Position numbers and translations under genes: made by a program
From: Marsupella aquatica
Lineage: Eukaryota; Plantae; Marchantiophyta
DNA: 64,000 bases
Direction of reading: 5' to 3'
Assembly: GCA_973895155.1 (NCBI GenBank)
Contig: OZ316893.1
Span: 8,456,963 to 8,520,962, forward strand
The notes under the pieces: model-generated
Seen by the model: only the letters and a program-made list of their open reading frames with translations
The model's database searches: none
Told to the model about the DNA's origin: nothing
Shown: positions 48,380 to 60,732 of the stretch, piece by piece
How the letters are laid out: every line of letters begins with the position of its first letter
Numbering within the stretch: position 1 is the first letter of the stretch

Positions 48380-49207
48380 TATGGCAAGGGAAGTCATTGG
48401 AAGGTAAGTGATGGTATATGTGCTCGATGCAAGACCTGCTTCAAACACACGGAACACCTGTTCTACAGCTGCAGAACGGTGAATGAAAGATGGAGAGAAG
48501 TGAACGATGCCTTGTAGGAAGCTCCGGCTCTAAAATTCCCTAACCAGAGCTTGTTCATTGCTAGTTCTATGCGGTTAGGACACACAAACGGAAACCAAGT
48601 CCACTTATCAGACTGATGGAGATGTGTCATATCATATGGAAAGAGAGGAACGCGACCACTTATTCTCAATTCCTTGGACAGCTCCCTGGATGGGTGGTTC
48701 TCAGACAATCCGTTACACATCTTAGCACTCTGTACGGGAGGTGCACCACACCTAGGAAAAGCAAGCAAATTAGGAAAGCCTTTGACCAAATTCAGACCGT
48801 GCCAAAACCTTGGGAGTAGACTGAAAACCGAATTGCATTAAACTTATCTGTTGATGACGCTCAAGATGAGATGAAGACCCAGAGCCACGGGCAGAATTGG
48901 ATGGTTGTGCAGGTCAGGTGGACAAAAGATACGCCTCACAGGATTAGCTGCATGCAGGCCATGGTGAACACAAGTCCTCCTCGTGTGAAACAGGACCCTT
49001 TAGTCATTAGCAAGTCTTGTAACTGTAGATGTAGACAGAGGATTGTGAGTACACAAGGTGAGCGGGTGTTGGAGACCACCTGGTGGTCGCACCGGGTTTA
49101 CTGGCCTGATTATTTTTTGGGGTTTCCTCCTACCCGGGGCGGCTTTCATCCCCTGGGTGGTTTGAGTGTGTTCTGGCTTTGTTTCAGTTTTTTGGAAAGA
49201 AAAAAAA
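48380..49207 (+). mobile_element. L1-type LINE 3' remnant (zf-RVT region, 3' tail, A-rich end)
   Basis: WKVSDGICARCKTCFKHTEHLFYSC...ERW followed by HIIWKERN; A-rich end at 49196-49207. Confidence 0.7.
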
Positions 49208-49994
49208 GCCAGAATGGCATGTCCATCCCAAACCTTGGTTGGATAGGATCCTGAAGCTTGTATGGCATCTAATAAAATGTGCATTTTAATGGAATGACAT
49301 AGATCCAAAATACAGAAGCAGTTTGGAATCCCATCTGAGTTCATAGGTTTGGATGGAGATCTCATTTAAGCTTTATGGCTGAAGTTTTTCTCTTTTCTAA
49401 CAAGTTACTATAGATTCCATAATTCAATAACAAAAGTGCAACAAGTAATTTTTCAGTTAGTAGGTCCAAAAACATTCCACAAATGCGGACCCAAGATTCC
49501 CAAATGTGGACCCAGTTCAACAATATTATTCTGTCCAATTTTGTTAAGTTAAACATTTTTATAATAATCATACATTCCTAACGTACATTGATACACTATG
49601 GTAGTTGGAGTCCTCTTTCCAGATTCCAAGAGTAAATTTGTTTGGTAAAGCAACTAAAAGACAAGTCTACCTAATAAGCTAGCATACTGAATTTTATTCC
49701 CAGGTGGGCCCACATTCCAACTCATTCAACTGCTTGTTTGAGTGATTGAATATTTATGGAGAAAGGGAACGTCTTCATCTTATCTAGAAAACAAAAACCT
49801 GCCAGGTTCATATAATAGTGAAATATCAATTCTAAGAACTTGAATCCCAAAGATGAGTATTCTCAAGCACAGCAAGGTTCTAGGCGGACAATTAGTTAGT
49901 CTGTGCACAAGGAGAACAAAGGGCGACCAGGTACCACTAGCAATTGGAGGAATACAAGAGAATCCATGTTTGCCTCTGTATACGTATACAGACT

Positions 49995-50240
49995 AGGGGC
50001 TGCCCTACACCACAAACATGAGTACCCTGAACCCTTGACTCGAAACACCCAGTGCAGTTTGCAGTGACCTGGGCTTTGATGCGTACACCTGCAGTATCAG
50101 GCTGTGAAACCAAGTGTTGCAGGGACAGGGGTTTAGGGTACTCATGCTCGTGGTGTCAAGAGACTCCTTGTGTACAGGGGGGATGCCCTACATTACAATC
50201 AGGAGACCCTGAACCCCTATCCCTGCAACACTTGGTGTCG
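49995..50240. repeat. Three ~45-bp copies in alternating orientation (foldback)
   Basis: ACACCAC.A.CATGAGTACCCT.AACCC.TG at 50007 (+), its reverse complement at 50110-50157, and a third copy (+) at ~50185-50237. Confidence 0.7.
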
Positions 50241-50616
50241 TTGTAGGCATTAGAGCCCAGGTCAAGGCAAATGGCTGGATGGGCACAGACAAGATTTGAT
50301 CCTAGACTGCCACTATCCCAGAGTAATGCCCTTAACGTTGGGGTAGGCTCTACCTAAGATGCAAATTGCAAGGTAGTACCAGTATGTGAACTAGTGATGT
50401 GCACTACACTAGGTCTTGCTATGGGTGGAGGTTTGTTGAGGTAAGTGCAAGTATGTTTTTCTTATTGGGAGGGGGCCGGGGGAGGGGGTTCTGCTTTTAT
50501 TTCTTTGTGGGGTGAAGATGAGTTCATGGGCCCAAGGTGAGTCCTTGCACACCCCCTTTCCTACCTTGCTTGCTTTCTTGAATATGGGGTGGAGTTCTGA
50601 TCTTCCTTTTTGGGCT

Positions 50617-50900
50617 GGGGGGGTTAAGTTAGTGTATATTTTGGGGCACCACATGCAATCCTAGTCTAATATAAATGCCTCTGTGTTATAAAGAAAACAT
50701 CATAAGAATATTATCTGTTTTCAATATTAATTACCTATTTTACTTTGTAAAATGCGTATGTTATAAAATACTCTATAAATTGAGTTTAAAATACCTTTGT
50801 TTACAGTCAATACCTTTTAAAAATTTAGCTAGTCTCCATCAAAATATATATATTTTGGATCACACGTGATTCCTACAAGTTTTGGAAGTCGACCGCCCAG
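50617..50900 (+). repeat. Dispersed repeat / probable DNA-transposon end, also at 6293
   Basis: Shares the GGGGGGTTAA...GTGTATATTTTGGGG.ACCACATGCAATCCTA start and downstream blocks with 6293-6580. Confidence 0.7.
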
Positions 50901-52126
50901 AAATTTTTGGACAGGGGCAGATTCATGGGACCATGGTGAATCCTTACACAACACCCCCTGGCACTCCACAACTCTCTTGGAGGTGGGGTGGAAATTTTCC
51001 TCCCTTTTTGGGTGGGGAAAATTGGTGCAGCTAGTTGATTTGGACTCTTGTGTTGCTTCTTTGCTGCTCTCTTGAGTTTACTTTGTTTTGTCTCCATTCA
51101 TATATTTTTTGCATTTCTTGGCATATTCTTCTGTTGCATAGAGGTTTAATTGTTATTTTTATCCGACTGTGTTTTAACCATACAAGGATTATTTCTCTTT
51201 GCAACACACAGGTACTTGATAATTTTCTGCCCACAACCTTATGTGTCAAGCAACCCATTGCACATAGAGAACACCTTGAATGCACCCAACTTTTGTGTAT
51301 AATTTCTCTCCACAGGGAGGAGAGTGGGAGGGGATGGCAGGGAGGGAAAGACAGATCCACAAAAAGAGGAGAGAAAAGATAAGAAAGGGGACATGGGCAC
51401 AGGCATGGGTGAGGAGGAGGGAAGGAAAGATACAACACTGGAACAAGAGGAGGGGTGCCAACTCTTGCCATATTTTTATACTCAACTCTTGCCCCAACTC
51501 TCCATACCAATTTACATGTTCATCAACATCATTCAACAACTCTTGCTTTCCCTTTGCAACCAGCGCACCAAACAACAGCATTTTTACAATGACAACACTT
51601 TTTTTCAAAAAAATACTCTCTACAAAAACACATGTTATTTGCCAATACACTTCCCAACAATAACCTGGCCACAACAGTAATATTGCGACACACGAGCATT
51701 GGGTTGATAGTACAGTGTAATATTTTACGATTGTGCTAGCATGCAAGAAGCACTAGGTTCGTTCTTTATTGAGCAGTTGTGGAAACTTCGGAGGGACATT
51801 TGTTATCCATGTTATATCCAGATCAGACCAGTCTCTTGATGAATTTGAAGATGTAATTGCTGATCATGCAAGAATCTATTCTTTATAAGGTTAATTTATC
51901 TATCTATAGGTTAATAAAACCTCCATAGTTTGGGCTGTCTCCCTCAGACAGAACCCTCACAGATTATGATGCTTGAATACATCAAGGCAATGTTTAACCT
52001 TAATTGTGGTGTGGCTGATTCTACTGAATGCTTAACTCTTCCTTCTTACACCTCTGCTTTTCAGGTCTAACATTTGCAATGCTTGGAAGGAAAACAAAAA
52101 CTCCTATCACTGAAGACTAAATCACT

Positions 52127-55100
52127 TGTTCCTCCATCTGGTCTCTTAGCAGTGCTCATCCACATCACTCACAAGAAAGTTGGCTGGCCACTTTAACCTA
52201 CACAACCAATCCTATCAAACTAGGCTTCCTTAGACATCAGGAAGCAAGACAGAAATATTGGGACGAGATCTTGCCCCTTTGCATTCCCCGTAGTGCTGAG
52301 TGCTCTGACTAATAACTGATTAACACTAATTGGTTGATGGAAGCACCTGAAATTTGCTCTAATTTGATTTTTGATGCTACTTTTACTAACGGTTATGTAG
52401 TAAGGGAGATTAAGATCGCTAGCTCAGAGAAGAGAAATATGTCTGGTAAGTTTAAGAGACCAACCATACAGACACACACTGCTAAAAATTCATTCCTTGG
52501 ACCCCATTGCTACAATTGATATACCCATGAGAACATCTCTCAGAAACTTTATTACTTGGAAAAGTAAGAATTTGGTTAGGTTAGTTGATAAAAACTTTAT
52601 AGAGAGATTTGGCTGCAAAACCATATGTGCATTCTTTGTATCACCCATGTGATGAAGTTAATGATTGGCAAACTCCATCAAACACAACCATGTGTTGTAG
52701 GTTGGATCAAGAACTTTGGTGGTAACTTAAACTCACTTTTTTTATGTTAGGCTTTGGTTTTTCTAGGAACCTGAACTCACTAAGATCTGAAACTACATTT
52801 GGGCTGCATAGAGTTATGAAAAAGGACTACTTTATCTGGCAAATCATGTACCATGTATAGGTTACCAATGGTGTCTCCAATGCAAATGGCATATTGCAGA
52901 GGAAACTACCCATTGCCTATGGGCATATTCCACACCAATTTTGACTGTCTTTGTAGTTCCACTAGGGTGTCTCAGACCCGCACATTTCGAAGAATGTTTA
53001 GACAATCATGATGGAAAAGATGTATCCATGGTCATGAATAAAACCCGGATTTTGGTCATTTTTGCCTTGTCCGGTTTCGCTTTGAGACGGGTCACACCAC
53101 ACCTACGCCCCGACCTACGCAGAACAATGCACATCGTTTATTTTTTATTAATGGGCGTTGACCACTCTTGAAGGGCGCAAACACATTTTGTGCGAAGAGA
53201 TTCTTTGTGCGGATGCTGGTGCGCTGACCCCCAAGTTACTGATAGTCATAGTTTGTGAAAACCACAGATTTCTGATCCAACGCCCAATACGCACGCAGTA
53301 TTTCAGTCACGGGAAACCTCCAGGAAAGGACTAGTTTCAGACACCCTACTGATACTCCAATGACTCTCAGGCACTCCTTGGAGCCCTGTTGATATGTCAT
53401 CCAAATCTCATGATGTGAACCTACTGTGGCCCGCGGTCTAGAGTGAAGCTTCTCAAACAAGATTTTTGGGGCACAACTGAAGTTGGAGGTGTGGGTGAAA
53501 AACCGGGATTGGTGACAGGGCGAGTCTGTGAAAATGGCTCGACCTGTGAGGAGTCGCTGGAAAGCGAATTGGTGAACAGGCAATTGACTTGAATGTCCAC
53601 AGCTCTATTTATGGTTAAAGCACAAGTAGTCAAGCTAGTGTGCATAATGAATGGTGGCATATATTCAAGAGGTGTGCCGTCGGCAACTATGGAAGAGCAG
53701 GTGCATTTTCTAAATGCATGGAGGGCAGCACCTTGCAATCTCCCATCTCTCATATATGTAACTAGAGCAGTTCTCATCATTTCACGAATTATTTCTTAGA
53801 TCTAGAATCTAACAATTTGCAAGATAACCATAAGCCATTTGTAGAAGCAACACAACCTATACTCAGGAACCCATGCTTGACTGATTTTTTCAGGACCCCA
53901 TGCTCAGCAAAGCACACGTAAATTAACTGGAGGTAATGATGTAAAAGATTATTGTTTTATCCAATTCAGTTAGGGCATTATATTGTCAATGTCCCTGAAA
54001 CTGTGAGAGAACAAAGTCTACACTTTTCCCCCACTTTTTACTTTCTCAAATTTCTGGCCAATTATAATGTGTGGGATCCACAAAGTTGTGAGGAGTGATA
54101 CTGATGCTTTAATTAATAGAAACCCATATCTCCATTAGCCCAACTACTATATTTCTTTCCAGGTATTTAAGTTGCTTGATAATCTTTGTCATCGTAATCT
54201 CACACCAAATTACCAGCCCAATGGCTCTGAGTTGCATGATTAGCCAGAGCGAGGCACAGATTGTAGGGCGGATGGTGTCAAGAGTAGGAACGTGTTTTTG
54301 GCCAATCCAACCATGACAAATAAATGTTCCTCCATCTGGTCTCTTAGCAGTGCTCATCCACATCACTCACAAGAAAGTTGGCTGACCACTCTAACCTACA
54401 CAACCATCCTATCAAACTAGGCTTCTTTAGACATCAGGAAGCAAGACATAAATATTGGGATGAGATCTTGCCCTTTTGCATTCCCCGTAGTGCTGAGTGC
54501 TCTGACTAATACTTGATTAACACTAATTGGTTGATGGAAGCACCTGAAATTGCTCTACTTTGAGTTTTGATGCTACTTTACTAAAAGTTATGTTGTAAGG
54601 AAGATCAAGATTGCTAGAGGGAAGATAAATATGGCTGGTAAGTTTAAGAGACCAAACATACACTGCTAAACATTTTATTCCCTCCCCCATTGCTACAATT
54701 GATATACCCATGAGAACATCTCTCAGAAACCTCATTACTTGGAAAAGTAAGAATCCCAGTAAGAATTTGGTTAGGTTAGTTGACAATTTTTTTGAAACTT
54801 CAGAGAGATTTGGTTGTAACAACAAAGGTGCATTCTCTGCAGCACCCATTTGATGAAGTTAATGACTGACAAACTCCTTCAAACACATGCAAGCGTTGTA
54901 GGTTGGATCAAGAACTCTGGTGGCAACTCCAACTAACTTTTTCGCTTGGCTATGGTTTTTCAGGAATGGTTTTTCAGGAATCTGAACTCACTAAGATCCG
55001 AAACCACATTTGGCTGTCATAGTGTTATGAAAATGGACTGATTCATCTGGAAAATAAGGTACTATGTATCGGTTTACCAATGGTGTTTCCAATGCAAATG

Positions 55101-57092
55101 AGATAGTGTAGAGGAAACTACCCATTGCCTAAGGGCATATTCCACAACACTTTTGACTAGTCTTTGTAGTTCCACTGGGGCGTCTGAAGAATTCTTGGAC
55201 AGCCATGATGGGAAAGATGTATCAGTGGTCATGAATAAAGCTGGGATTTTGGTCAAATTTGCCTTCCACAGGTTTTACTTTGAGACTGGTCAGACCACAC
55301 CTCCGCAGAACAACGCACATTATTGATTTTTCAACGGGAGCTGACCATTCTTGAAGGGTGCTGACACATTTTGTGCGGAGAGATTCTTTGTATGGACGCC
55401 GGTGCGCTGATGCCCAAGTTCTTGATGGTCATGGTTTGCGGGAACTGCAGAGTTTTGGTCCAAGACCTGGCCCGCACGCAGTACTTCAGTCATGGGAAAC
55501 CTCCAGGAAACAACTAGTTTGAGACGCCCTACTGATACTCCACTCAGACCCAACACCACTAAGTCACTCCCCAACACCACAAAGTTGTTTGGCTCAATGA
55601 TGCTCAGGCACTTCTTGGAGCCCTGTTGATATGTCAATGATTGTGAACTACTGTTTAAGGCCTAGCCTACGGTCAAGAGTGAAGCTTCTCAAGACTGAAG
55701 TTGGGGGGTGTGGGTGGAAAACAGGGACTGGGGATAGGGTGAGTCTCTGAAAATGGCACAACGTGTGTGGAGTCATTGGAAACTAATTGAAAGCAAATTG
55801 GTGAATGGGCAATGGACTTGAATGTCCACACCTCTATTTATAGTCAACGGACAGGTAGTCAGGCTAGTATGCCTATTGGTGGCATATTATTCACTTGCAG
55901 TTGGCAACTATGGAAGAGCAGGTGCATTTTCTAACTACATGGAGAGCAGCACCAGGCAATCTGCCATGTCTCATATATGTAACTAGCCTCGACTACCCAG
56001 GCAATCTGCCATGTCTCATATATGTAACTAGCCTCGACTACCCATTCTTTGAACGTGAATAGTGGAGAGGATAATAAAAGTATTATCAAAATATATTCTC
56101 TATTCATATTCTTTGAAGGTTAATGAAATGATAAAAAACCCATCATTTTAATAGTCTTATATAATATATAATTCCCAACTAACCGGTTTTTTGAATGTGA
56201 ATAGCGAGAAGATAATAAAAAGATTATCAAAATATATCATCTATTTATATTTTCTTAAGGTTAATGAAATGATTAAAAAAAACCTATCATTTTAATAGTC
56301 ATATATAATATACTATTCTCCTTTATGTGCACATCAGTGGTCTCCATCTTCTATGCACATATGTTGTGGTGGGGGCCATAGTGCCCATATTTTTTGATCC
56401 TAAATACTTAGAAATTATCAAAAAAACTGGCATGCACCAGTTCACATATATCATAGTCATGTCATGAATTTTTCCCATGCTATGGCCATAGAGTTACGGT
56501 CTAGAGGCTTCACTCTAAACCTAGGTTCTTAAAAGTAGACTTGAGTTGGCGCTTTTATAGTAAGATTAGAGTAGTTTTCATAATTTGGTGAAACATTTCT
56601 TAGGTCGAGAATCTAACAATTTGCAAGATAGCCCAAAGCCATTTGTAGAAGCAACACAATCAATACTCAGGAACCATGTTAGACTAATTTTAGCAGGCAC
56701 TCCAGGCTTGGCAAAGCACACTACACTATCAGGAGGAAATGATATAAAAGATGATTATTTTATCCAATTCAGTTACGGCATTATATTGCCAACGTCCCTG
56801 AAACTGTGGGAGAACAAAGTTTACACTTTTCCCCCGTTTTTTACTTTCTCCAGAAATTTCTGGCCAATTATAATGTGCGGGATCCACAAAGTTGTGAGGA
56901 GTGATACTATTGGCCCAACTACTCTATTTCTTTCCAGGTATTTGGGTTGCTTGCTAATCTTTGCCATCTTAATCTCACATCAAATTACCATGGCTCTGCG
57001 TTGCATAATTAGCCAGAGCGAGGTGGATGGTTTCAAGCGTGGGGACATGTTTTTGGCCAATCCAACATTTATTTTTGGCAATAAATAAATGT
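52127..57092. repeat. Head-to-tail ~2.2-kb segmental duplication of decayed coding-like sequence (minus strand, unidentified)
   Basis: TGTTCCTCCATCTGGTCTCTTAGCAGTGCTC at 52127 and 54325; the copies are colinear throughout. The second copy is lengthened by a Helitron insertion. Confidence 0.9.
56028..56565 (-). mobile_element. Non-autonomous Helitron (~538 bp)
   Basis: Minus strand A|TCTTACTATAAAAG...CGTTCAAAGAATG (small hairpin)...GAGGCTAG|T. Inserted between A and T with no TSD and absent from the paralogous site at ~53760. Confidence 0.85.
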
Positions 57093-57274
57093 TTCAGCGA
57101 ACAAGCCAGATTTTTTCTTTCTGATAATTCATAAAGAGAGGATGTGCCGCAGTGGGCAAGGTCTAGTGTTTTTGGCCAATCCAACGGCAACAAATATATG
57201 TTTCAGGGAACAAGCAAGATTATTTCTTTCTGATAATTCATAAACAGAGGATTTGCCGCAATGGACAAGATCTA
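57048..57274. repeat. 119-bp tandem duplication
   Basis: TGTTTTTGGCCAATCCAAC...TTTCTGATAATTCATAAA at ~57047 and ~57167. Confidence 0.8.
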
Positions 57275-58019
57275 ATTTAATATTATATTGTAGTGTGCAT
57301 AAATAGATGGATAGATACATACTAATGCAAAAGATAAGATTCCCATCCATCGGAAGGAAAGGACCATCCGGGGACAAACATGTAATATGCATCGAGTCTG
57401 TGTCCCTAGTGTAGAGTCCATGGATATGGGCACGGATGGATGGATGCAAGGATGGATGGGATCTGTAGACGGAGTAGGAGTAGGAGTAGGTGTACGTGTA
57501 CGTTTACGGGTACGGGAGAACGCGCGGATGTTCATTTGGATGTGCATGATGAGTCCGTATCACGCCATCACGGTACGAATGGATGCGAGGATGGATGTAT
57601 GGTTTGCATGCATTGCTTGTTGCGTGGTTGCGCGCGCTGTGACTGGACGAGGGACGAGGAGAAGACGCAAGCGGCAGTACTCCTCACTACTCACTCACCC
57701 ACCCACTGCCCCTCCCCGGTCCCGGTCCCGCATCGCAATGGCTCCAGCCGGTCAAGCTCCATGACACTACAGTTAGCACCTCTCTTTCCACCCCACCTCC
57801 AAGTTTATCTCATTCTCGCTCCCAACCCAAAGTTGAGTCCAGGGGTACCCGAAGTCTGCCCCAGCATAATTTTATAATTGTTAAATTTTGCCAAATTTCA
57901 TCTCACTGAATTGAATTAGGTCACTTAGGCTTAACTAGCCTGATTACCCATTACTAAAACACAAATAGAATGAGACACGTAACATCTTGCCAAAAATAAT
58001 TCGTTTATCATTTCTCCTT

Positions 58020-58170
58020 CATCTTTGCTCCTATCTCTATTTCTGGATGCTCCTATCCCTATTTCTGGATGCACTTTCCCTTGTTTCATATTTTGCTCCT
58101 ATCTTTTTGGATGCACTTTCAGTTGTAAATCTTTGCTCCTATCCCTATTTCTGGATACACTTTCAGCTCT
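58020..58170. repeat. Degenerate minisatellite (GCTCCTATCCCTATTTCTGGAT)
   Basis: About 4 imperfect copies. Confidence 0.65.
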
Positions 58171-60732
58171 TTTAGAGTCAAGGCTAGAGAATTCACTCTA
58201 GATAGTAGCCCTGCAGAGTAGATTTTGATGGTGTTTGTAAGTAAGATGACTCTATAAACAAACGGCAAAGAAAAAAAATGAGATTGCAGGTCAGAATCCC
58301 ATTGGATAAACTAATAATGAGAATTATTTTATTTTATTTTACATATTATAGTAATTAACACCAATTTCCCGTACCTCAATGACAAAATCTAATCTTTGTT
58401 TGTACGTAGTTAGTGAGATTTTTAATCATGGCAAATTGATCAAAGAAAATTAGGCAAGGAATCTTCTTGGTATCTTCTACTTCACACCAGGGTGCCATTC
58501 GACGGAGGGAAAAAGCTTAAAACATACGCTGCTCCCCCTCCCCAGGCCTTGAAGGCGACGCCGCTCGCTCTCATTGATGCACAGTTTCCGACGGCCACGA
58601 TGCGGGCTCACGAAGACTCCACGCTCTGGCCCCTGAGATCGAGGGCAGCGGGCTCGCCCTCACGTCGCCTGTCAGCCTCGCGTAGTGGTAGTAAGTACAC
58701 CAGTAGGTCCCAGTGTCTGAGTCAGTCAGGAGTAAAGTAAGCAGGAGGTAACAAGGGCTTCCTCAACTCCGGCCCCCCAAGGGCATTTCTTTCCGCGCCA
58801 CGAAGGCCGGGCTGCGCGGGGGGCCGAAGCGATCGGCCCTTCTGGCTGGTCCCCGCTGCGCCAGGGCGGCGGGGGACGGACCCTGGAAGCATCGGCCTGG
58901 GCCCGTGGAAGTGCGGGGCGGGGCCCGCGCGTGGTCCTCCTTTGTTGGCCTTGATTGGCCTTGATTGGCCTCGCGACTCCAAAGAAAAAATTAGTTTTAT
59001 TCGTCTACAAAATCAAAAAAACCAAACCGTGAAAACCTAAGCAGAGAGCAGAAAGGGTGGGGACACTGCGACGCATGGAACCGAAGCAGGCAACAAGAGT
59101 GCCCCATGGCTCTCTCTCTCCTTGGGGCCTCCAAAACGGACGGCGGGGGCGCACAGAGGGCCTGTGCTGAAGAGGAGAGTCGTCTGAGTCCGTCACCTTT
59201 CCCTTAGGGCGCTTTCTCCTCGTCCCTCTGCGACTCACTCACTTTCCGCTTCTCTTGCTAATCCCTTTCTTTGGAAGGAGGCTGGCGGGCTGGGGGACTG
59301 GCGGGCAGGCGGAGGACGGGCATGTTTGTTAGTAAGTTGAAGAGGCAAGGCAAGGCAAGGCAAGGCAAGGGCAAAGCAAAGGAGGAGGAAAGGAGGAGTG
59401 GTACTTTTTTTTTTTTCCCTCCGTGTACTGGTGGCGAGTTGTGGCTCGATATTTCATCGTAGGAATGGATTTCACCGGCCGACTTTAGTGACGACCCACC
59501 CACGCAGGCTGCACCCACGCACGGATCCAGATCCGCCATGGACAGTGCTCGGGGATGCGGAGGCTAGCGGCGAGTTTTGGCCAGCTTGATGAAGAGGTAA
59601 CGCCTCCCTGCCTCGCTCGCTCACTCACTCACTCACCCGGCGTGTCTGAAATAACGAAAAAAAATTGAAAGTGGAGAAAGAAGAGCAATGGAACAGACTC
59701 AGTAGCCATATCAGTTTCTGGTTACTTTCTTTTTGAGTACACACTGTACATGCTGTGGTCATCTGCTGTCGGAGAGGGGGATTTGATTTGCGCGAGACGA
59801 AAGGTGAGAGAGATTTGACATCTGCGTTTGTTTATGTATGCTTGGAGGAGCGGGTAAGTGCGTATTCCCCTGCCTGTTATGTAGCGGTTGGTCGCTACTA
59901 CGTTCTTTGGAGAGGAACGGAAGGAGGCACTTAGTGGACAGAAAGGAAGGGAGGGAGGAGATTTTCGGCTTAGGAAACAGGATATGCCCAAGGAGAGGAG
60001 GAGGGAAATCAGATGTACATGCTCTTAATTTTTTTTTGGATGTTTTCTTGTTGTGGTGTTGGGAACTGTAGGGGTACGCGTGCGTGCCGATCGTAGGAGC
60101 AGAACTCATAGAGGTAGGAAAAGCCGGTGGCAGGAGCGACCGCGCATGGGAAGAAGCAGGAACGCTGGTGGTGCAAGGAAGAATGAAGCGATTGATGAGG
60201 TGGGGAACGGAAGCGCGAGCAGCACTTGTTATGTGAGGAGAAGGACGAGCCGGCCTGGTTTTGATTTTTTTGTGGAGAAAAGGAGGATGGCGTAGGAGGA
60301 AGTGTTGGAGTTGGATTCGGCGGCAAACGAACAAACAGCCAGCAAGCATGCGGGTATGTAGGGAGGATTGCAAGCCAGGGGCTACTATCATTACTGCATC
60401 TACTATTTCTAGCTGCTGGCACTATCTGTTGTTGGTCAGGAAAGCCTGTATTGATCTCGGCAGGAGTACCAATCCATCACCTGAAATACGTCCTTCTGAG
60501 GTCTGTAGGCATGGCAAGGATGCATGGGTGGGCAGTTTTCTGATTTGTCGCGGGGCTGTGGCACTGTGCGTTCTACTCCGTCACGCTTAGGCAGGATGGA
60601 AGTGATGTTTTTGGCTCTGCCTCTTCATCCTCATCGTCTTATTGGCAGAAGGCAGTTCTATGTTTTAAGGCTTTGGCTGCTGCTCCTCGTTGTTCTGACT
60701 CTACGCTGCTCCTGCCTGCATCTAGGAATTGC

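Noticed and set aside
49230-49600. Possible LINE RT fragment (SDGIPNCF)
   Set aside because: Only a faint motif; too degraded.
51031-51746. Overlapping 115-166 aa ORFs
   Set aside because: Low-complexity sequence next to a repeat, with no motifs.
58492-60590. Short ORFs upstream of the Tudor gene
   Set aside because: Consistent with a GC-rich promoter, 5' UTR and leader intron; no coding signature.
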